Below are positions 57,301-64,000 of a DNA stretch of 64,000 nt, piece after piece. The notes beneath the pieces are model-generated. The model did no database searches. It was not told the origin of the DNA and saw only the letters and a program-made list of their open reading frames with translations. Positions within the stretch are counted from its first letter, which is position 1. The number at the start of each line of letters is the position of its first letter. The position numbers and the translations under genes were made by a program. Source of the stretch: Mayamaea pseudoterrestris (taxonomy: Eukaryota); contig BROI01000002.1 in the NCBI GenBank assembly GCA_027923505.1, positions 1,240,001 through 1,304,000 on the forward strand. Direction: 5' to 3'.

Positions 57301-60300
57301 TTCATTGTCCAGCGAAGGATACTTCACCTTAAATTGCTGGTGATTCCAAGCAACATTATCGATACCTCGCGCATCAATCTGCCTGGTCATTAAATCAATT
57401 TCACCTTCGAGTGCTATGCGCAGTTCTCTTCGAGTTTGCTGATTCCATATTAAGTCGGGTATGCTGTTATCTGTTAGAATAGCCAAGTGAAAAACGTTTA
57501 GCTGAGAACGACATTTTTGGCTACGGAAGACTGAATACAATCTGACGAGGCTCACCTCGCGTTAGAACATGGAAAAATATTCGAAAATTCTCTTCGCGAG
57601 CTAACGACTTCCTGTGTTTTGCAGTTGCAGCTGCTATTGCTATCCGTTTCCGAAGGCGTGCAGTATTGGTCCCCGCCGTTGAAGGAGCCCCGACGCCTGT
57701 GTGGAGCTTTTCACCATACTGGACAAAAACACGGCCAGACTCATCTCTTATGTTTTCTTCGGCGACGTCGTGCTCCAAATTATCCAATTGATCCTCTTCC
57801 ATTGGACTAAGTAGCGGCATATTCAAATAAGCTAAAAAGCCCGCTGGCACCATTCTTTTCAGCAGACGTTTTTCGTCGCAATCCATCGGGCCCGACATCC
57901 ACAAGCTGCAAAGATAGCGACTCAAGAAACGTTGACCTTCCAAAGGACTGAAAATGGCAGCATAGAAATGATGAAGTAGAATCGAGGAACTGAGCGCCGC
58001 ATCCCGAATAGCCGCAGCGGTTTGAGGAGCATGGTCTGAAAGAAGGTGCAACAACAGCGCAGTATTTTCGATGACGCAAGGAGACTTCGAGCGTAAAGTA
58101 TTCAACATGGATCGATATTTGTCTGACAAGGCCACAATGAAAGCACTAAAGTGTTCCGGAGCTGTTGTATCATGATAGCTGCATAATATATTCTGCAAAG
58201 TGTCGCTGGCCGCCATCAATACTAACTCTGAAACATCGTTTCCAGGGCCGCTGTCCGGGACGGAATGTCTATGCCCTGATGGTTCTACAAGAGCGCCAAC
58301 AATACCATCCACGAGCGGCTGGCCAACGCCTTTGAATATGACAGACTTGTTCACGTACTCGGTTTCGAGATCACGATTTGACAGTCCTGAGAGCAAAACG
58401 TCCAGAACTAGCAGAGCACAAAACTTGCAGAATGCGTCGCGGATACCCCATATTGAAGGCACAGACAACTGAAACGAAGTCAATTCGACGGTGACCTTAT
58501 AGCCTGTGGCGGACTGCGACAACCGGTAAAGCGTTTGAAAAAAGGTTGCAGCAATAGTCTCGGCGTGCATCGTCTCGCGCAAATTTTGAATAGTAGCACT
58601 ATCACTGCTACCCGAACTAGGTTGCAGAAGTCGTCCTATGAGCCCCCACAATGCTCCAACGGCAGCGGAAATGTTCTTGTCAGACTTGGTGCCATCTGAA
58701 AGGCCGTCTCCCGTCGGCAAAACACTCGCATTGAACTCGCGACACGCATCCAATGTAGATTGACAATGTTCGATTAGATCGATCGGACCCTCCTGCTGCT
58801 GCAACGATGCGAATTGACCAGACACATAAGCAAATGACTGCGTCGCATGGTGTTGCACCTTCTTCAGACAGTAATAGGGTATCGAAATTTGCTGAAAGAG
58901 AGACGTCTGGCCAGCCGATGCATCCAATAATTCCCCGGAGGAGCAAAGGGTGTAGCTGCTCGTCGCCACGTCCGAGACATGGATTGTGTAGTTCTTGGCT
59001 AAAGTCGCTGCAGCGTCCATGATTGACACCAACAACGCATCTCGGCAACCGCAGCTATACGCTTGATGTGAGCCATTTTCGAACTCTATTGTTAACTCGT
59101 TCGACTGTCCATGCCGCACCAGCGTAACCAACTCACTCAGCTTGCGGACCGAAACAATACCACGACCATCTCGCTCTACCAAATATCCCAGACCCGTCAC
59201 TAGCAATTCTCTCGTCACAATGCCACCAACCCATCCTTCCGGCGCTCCGACAATTTTGGAGTCATGACGTAGAGTCGACTTGGTCACTTGCCATGTCATG
59301 GCCACCGTTCCAATCGACACATTCTGTCGCACCTTTAACCATTCGTCACTACTTTTAAAGGACTCTTGCATCTGCAGCGACAACCCAAGCAGCGTCATGT
59401 TTTCCGCCATGCGCGTCATGACTTGACTGCGCATCGTGGCATGCGGCAGAAACCAAAGTCGCGACTTGTGCGGCTGCTTCAAAGTCAACACAATGCCAGT
59501 GTCGGCCAACAAACTGCAGGCCAACACGTCAACGAATCGGTAGACTCGAATCGTTTGCTTGGTGGTGCTTGACAGTTCCACAATGCCATATGGTTTCACG
59601 TGCAAGTCGCACACTTTCTGCGTGCCAATGCGCGTCATGCGATTCGCATTGCATACAATCATGGTTTCGCTCGCTGGTAATTGCGCCGATTCATCCTGCA
59701 GCTGCAGTAGGTTGGACAGCACCATGCAACGAGGAACGTTTCCGTGAATACATAATTTGAGCTTCTCGGAAGCAGTTCCAGTCACTTGCAGTAGAATGCA
59801 GTCGGGTTCATTGGGCAGCGCTAGCCAGTCGGTGAGAATGCGATAGGGCCAGCGATTCGTTTCAACGTACGAGTCGGGATCAAGCGTGACAAAGGCATCG
59901 GAATGCAAAGCGAATATGCGCGTGTAGCCGGTTCTCCAACTACGAAGCTTTGTCACTTGATATTGATAATGAGGACGTTGCTGCTGCTGATTATCAGAGC
60001 TACTTGTCGCCCGCCTTTGCTGCATCGCTTGATGGTGCTGCTGCGCCAGCTTTTCCGTCACGTTGAAACCAAAGTTTGGCTCGTTTGGATCCTTTCCCTT
60101 GTTCCAAAATAAGTTTTGAATCTTTCCGGCTAGCTGCGATGCGGCCGGGGTCATGGAGGCAACGGATGACGCCGCTGATTGTGCCAAGGTTGTTGAAGGC
60201 TGCATCGTTTTGGATCCAGCGTCAGTCGTCATCGTCGTTACCTTGGGCGGTGAATATTGCTGCTGCATGCGAGCTGCATGAGGCGGACTAAGCTGCGCCT

Positions 60301-60457
60301 GAAGCACTTGATAAGGTCCTGAGCTTGGCTGCTGCTGCTGCTGCTGCTGTTGACTATAACTGATCGGCTGATATTGTTGCTGCTCGTATGAGGCTTGCTG
60401 CTGATGCGGCGGCCTTCCACCATGCGGAGGCGTTTGAGCGTGCGGATTATGCGACAT
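51331..60457 (-). CDS. DNAJC13: RME-8/DNAJC13 (GRV2-like) endosomal J-domain protein, 2 exons
   Basis: Exons 60457-57556 and 57470-51331. N-terminal VTKLRSWRTGYTRIF; IWN repeats (PDLIWNQQTRRELR, PEVIWSHDMR, PDIIWNNAMK, PELLWDAVMRGELR); GYF-like GPFRLSDL; J domain RRAYRSLARQYHPDKNPTGREMF; C-terminal YKLQDHSLYLT. Confidence 0.95.
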
Positions 60458-60821
60458 CGTATCAAACTGGGCCTATTTTAGTCACGTCCTATATATAAAA
60501 ATCGCCTAGGTATTACTCGGTTCAAAGAAAAAATTGTTCCGTCTGCCGTCTGTATGATATCCACATCATGGTGGAACGAGGACCGCGTTTTGTGCGTTTC
60601 TCGCATGAAAGTCGCACCGTTGTATAGGCATCCCGATACGACACTCTTACTATCTACCTTTCGGTTTCCGCGGGCCTGTATTCGTACAGTACCATAAGTA
60701 CTTGCTAAGGTAAATACCCCATAAGCAAGAAAACAAATGTTAAATTGGGCTGCATTGCTTTAATGTGTTTTATTAAATCATTGTTTACAGTTCATCAGAC
60801 CAATGTTAAAAAAACGCTTTT

Positions 60822-62504
60822 TCAGAAAATGTCACCAGTGCCTCCTCTCACAATATACAGCGACTCGTCGCTGCGAGACCCGCAGAGGAACATGGTACCA
60901 CTTTCGTTCATTGCCAAACTGTCAATGTGGCTAGCAAGTCCATAAGTGTCCTTGAGATCAAGGGCGATTATGCCCCTTGCCGGATCTGCTGGTTCATTTG
61001 CTTCACGGCAAGTTCGTTTCCCACTGGTCGAGAGCCTATTGGAATATGCACTTTCAATTAATGACTTTATATCCAAAATGACAATACTCCGCTGCTTGCA
61101 CGGTGCATTGTACAAATCTGCAAGAGTAGCAAACATGGCCGTTGGTTGATTCGTCGAGGCTGGCTCCACAGAGGTGTAGCCTCCAAGTGGCTGGAAGCAT
61201 TTCGGTGCACGCGTTCCGGTCGGGTTTATAAATGTCATGGTGCGAACGTTTTGCGATATATCAAGAGGTCTTGAGCAATAAAGAATGTCACCATTCGGAA
61301 GAGCCTGCATGTCGCCAAAGAAATAATTATCTTGATGGCTCCTGGTGTGTGAATAGACGGGTTCATGCGATAGGACTGAATCGCGTGGAAAAGATGGCAA
61401 TATAATGCTTGATGGAAGGGCACGCTGCATTTGTCGTATATCCCAAAACTTGATCTCTTCCCGATGAGCTGGATCTTTGTTATGAGTGAGAGTTGCCAGC
61501 ATTTTCTCGGATGTAAAACAAATAGTTTCAAGACACCCCGACAGTGGTTCCGTCGCTGACGCATCGACAACAACGTGGTGGGTTCCATTGCAGCGATCAT
61601 CGTAAAGGCTTATTCCAAAGTAATCCCCACAGCCTCCAACATGAGCAGCAAGCAAGTTTGTTCCTTTGTCCCAAAAGTCCCATGCTCGATGAGAGATGTT
61701 GTACCTATAAAGATCGTGTTCTTCAACTCCTCTCAGCTCGTGCAAACGCGACAATTGATGACTCGTAGGCGACTTTATTTGTCCTTGCAGTGTAAGCACT
61801 AACAAGTCTGGATCATTATTATTGATGCAACTATACCGATCATATCGCCGCACTGGAAACATGGACTGCCAAACACTAGTGCGATTATCCCCCCACATGG
61901 TCCACCTTGCTTGCGCATTTGCAGTCAAACCTTGCTGCATGACAATCTCTCCCTTGTTCCAATCCTTTTGCTGGCTCGCCCATTTCGTTGCTCCAGTTTC
62001 TGTACAAAAGACGCGAAACTGTCCATCGTTCGTTCCCACCGCAAAGGCTTGCCCACGATGAACGCTTTGAATGCGCCGAATTCCGCGACTACTGCCTTGT
62101 GGAGAGGCTGAATGATCGTCGCGGCGACTATCCAAATGACGCGCCAAAACTGTTCCGCAAAGATCACGATTGGAATCGCTTCGCGAGTTTTCGGAAGGTT
62201 CGTGTACGTAATTGCGTCGGCGACGCTTGACCGAGTCGTTTCCCTCGAAAGCGTCATTGACTTGAATCACTGTAATTCCATTCTCATTGCCCGCCAATAC
62301 AATCGGATAGGGATCCAAAAAGGCTGAATGCGTAAAGGCGTGTCCTCGATACAATGCTGCCTGTTGCGTATGCTTTTCTTGTCGCTGGCGAATCAAAGTG
62401 TTGGCGAGTCGACTAGCTTTGCTGCGCGTGGCGGCTTGACTAACTGCTCCAAAACCATGATTGTAAACGGGAGCGTTAAGAGTACAGGCATCGAGAGAGG
62501 GCAT
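60822..62504 (-). CDS. Hypothetical divergent WD40-like protein
   Basis: 560-aa ORF with WD-like strands FAVGTNDGQFRVF, IKFWDIRQ (WDxR) and LAMNESGTMFLCGS. Confidence 0.7.
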   Translation of the reverse strand: MPSLDACTLNAPVYNHGFGAVSQAATRSKASRLANTLIRQRQEKHTQQAALYRGHAFTHSAFLDPYPIVLAGNENGITVIQVNDAFEGNDSVKRRRRNYVHEPSENSRSDSNRDLCGTVLARHLDSRRDDHSASPQGSSRGIRRIQSVHRGQAFAVGTNDGQFRVFCTETGATKWASQQKDWNKGEIVMQQGLTANAQARWTMWGDNRTSVWQSMFPVRRYDRYSCINNNDPDLLVLTLQGQIKSPTSHQLSRLHELRGVEEHDLYRYNISHRAWDFWDKGTNLLAAHVGGCGDYFGISLYDDRCNGTHHVVVDASATEPLSGCLETICFTSEKMLATLTHNKDPAHREEIKFWDIRQMQRALPSSIILPSFPRDSVLSHEPVYSHTRSHQDNYFFGDMQALPNGDILYCSRPLDISQNVRTMTFINPTGTRAPKCFQPLGGYTSVEPASTNQPTAMFATLADLYNAPCKQRSIVILDIKSLIESAYSNRLSTSGKRTCREANEPADPARGIIALDLKDTYGLASHIDSLAMNESGTMFLCGSRSDESLYIVRGGTGDIF

Positions 62505-62751
62505 AATGTCTTATAATAAATTTTGGTGGAAGATGGCTTGGAGCTTGGAGCTTGGTGGAGGATGGATGTTTCCTGCGGCATACGAGTAAGCCTCGTTCGC
62601 CATGGTCGAATGCGGCGAGATGATAAAGTCCACGTCATCATTACTTAAGTCCGTGCAACGGATAACAAACTTTGGAAAACGTCCTTACGTCGTACCGCAA
62701 ACACTTTCGCGGTCGCCGCGCCACCTTCGCGACCCCATCACAACGTCCACC

Positions 62752-64000
62752 ATGACGGAGCTACGAGCCGATGCGCCAGCCTTTACTCCGACTATCATTG
62801 ACAGTCGAACGAATGAATCTCTGAAAACAGTTGGCGGGCGTGTCGAGATGCATCGAGGCGTCAAGAAGAACCATGAGCATCAGCAGTCTTCACGCCATGT
62901 GTTCGGCGATGCCGTTTCGACATCTATCGATGCCAACGTTTTCAAAAATACCAACAAGAAAATGTCCAAACGGTGTAAACGACGATATAGAAGTAAATCT
63001 GTACGAGAATCCTTGGACTGGGTGCATGACCGCGATGCAGCAGTTGCTAATAATGACACGTATCAGCCGCACGAATCAACATGGAGTCATGCAGACTCAC
63101 TTTCGGTGAGCGCCACTTTGCCAGAGGAGGAGCCATTTCCGATACTGGGAACGAGAAAATGCAAACGCGATCCGTTGCTGCATGAAGTTTGGACGCTGAC
63201 GGACCGCATTCAAACAAACGTGGCGAGCGAGTGGAAAAGTCCTTGCACAATCGATGACCAAGCAGCAGCAGCTGACAACGACACGAGTCACACTAGCATG
63301 CGAGATTTTGCCAAGCGACACGGGCTAACATTGCTTTCCAGCTGGAACGATGCGACGTTGCACGGCGACGAAGGTGTCGACAAAGGCGGGAGCGTGTCGA
63401 ACGACGAAGGCAATCATGACGCTGAGCACCCAATTCTGTATTCGCGGAGGCGTATGAATGTTTCCAAACTACGCGACAAAATGTTTGATTCACTCAGCGA
63501 AAGACTACATAATCAGCGCGCTTTAGATGCAGCAGCAGAAGAAAAGACTGTTAAAGAAGAGGCCAAGGTTGCAGCACTGAGTGAAGCTGCATCGACTGTC
63601 GACGAAAGCTACGCTTGGGAGTATGTGCAGACGACAGCTCCGACAGCGTTAGAGTCACTTCCGCCCTTGGATCAAAGCTATCTTGACGCGGCGAATCCGT
63701 TGCACGAGGCGATTGAAAATAACGATGAACAGGCCGTCAGCTTGCTACTCCGCAGAGACGACGACCTTTTATATACTACGACCAGCTGCTCCCCGATACA
63801 ATTGGCCGTTTCGCGAAATCGACCAAACATCTTGCGACTCTTGCTCAAGAATCAGACTGTAAGCTCACTTCCAGCCGACCCAACGTATCCACCAGCTCCG
63901 CACATGGCAGTGAGGCGGGGCCATGAAGACTGTTTACAGCTGCTCCTGTCACATTCGACGAATATTGTTCTGATCAAGGACGAGAAGAGCGGCAACAATT
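62752..64000 (+). CDS. PAM2-motif and ankyrin-repeat protein, 3'-truncated by window edge
   Basis: ACC-ATG at 62752 with an open frame to the window end (absent from the ORF track because there is no stop). Starts MTELRADAPAFTP; ankyrin units NPLHEAIENNDEQAVSLLL, SPIQLAVSRNRPNILRLLL, APHMAVRRGHEDCLQLLL. Confidence 0.85.
   Translation, partial: MTELRADAPAFTPTIIDSRTNESLKTVGGRVEMHRGVKKNHEHQQSSRHVFGDAVSTSIDANVFKNTNKKMSKRCKRRYRSKSVRESLDWVHDRDAAVANNDTYQPHESTWSHADSLSVSATLPEEEPFPILGTRKCKRDPLLHEVWTLTDRIQTNVASEWKSPCTIDDQAAAADNDTSHTSMRDFAKRHGLTLLSSWNDATLHGDEGVDKGGSVSNDEGNHDAEHPILYSRRRMNVSKLRDKMFDSLSERLHNQRALDAAAEEKTVKEEAKVAALSEAASTVDESYAWEYVQTTAPTALESLPPLDQSYLDAANPLHEAIENNDEQAVSLLLRRDDDLLYTTTSCSPIQLAVSRNRPNILRLLLKNQTVSSLPADPTYPPAPHMAVRRGHEDCLQLLLSHSTNIVLIKDEKSGNN

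Noticed and set aside
57521..57555. Apparent overlap of two large minus-strand ORFs suggesting a frameshift
   Set aside because: Explained by a canonical GT-AG intron (57555-57471) that joins them into one RME-8 gene.
189..63493. Numerous antisense or nested ORFs in the six-frame track
   Set aside because: They overlap well-supported genes and lack motifs; typical shadow ORFs in roughly 50% GC coding DNA.

Overview
Gene-dense eukaryotic nuclear DNA with short GT-AG introns, bipartite signal+'ASAF-like' plastid presequences and poly-Q/S tracts. It is most consistent with a pennate diatom (inference; species not determined). About 28 protein genes are supported: a GAT/ARM protein cut by the left edge, ACBP-ankyrin, a Rab8-like GTPase, an HRI-like eIF2alpha kinase, two paralogous mitochondrial-presequence CaMK-like kinases flanking plastid EPSPS, PI-PLC, a GT77-like transferase, IAH1, COQ10, PRP4, a PAM2/CCCH/RRM/RBR E3 ligase, a HAD phosphatase, mL41, a TAF4-like protein, SufS, a CPYC GST, F-box proteins, Tim9, a mitochondrial carrier, RME-8, a WD40-like protein and a PAM2-ankyrin protein cut by the right edge. 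Three non-autonomous PIF/Harbinger-like elements were delimited by TIRs and 3-bp target duplications. Two of them are stacked at a single CAG site, and each carries its own palindromic subterminal array. The main points for follow-up are a candidate bicistronic (leaky-scanning) gene pair with a 14-nt spacer, a single in-frame TAG inside an otherwise intact PLC, a kinase-EF-cNMP-cNMP-EF protein apparently routed to the mitochondrial intermembrane space, and a multi-PAM2 RNA-binding RBR ligase. Domain calls are motif recognition by eye, not database hits.
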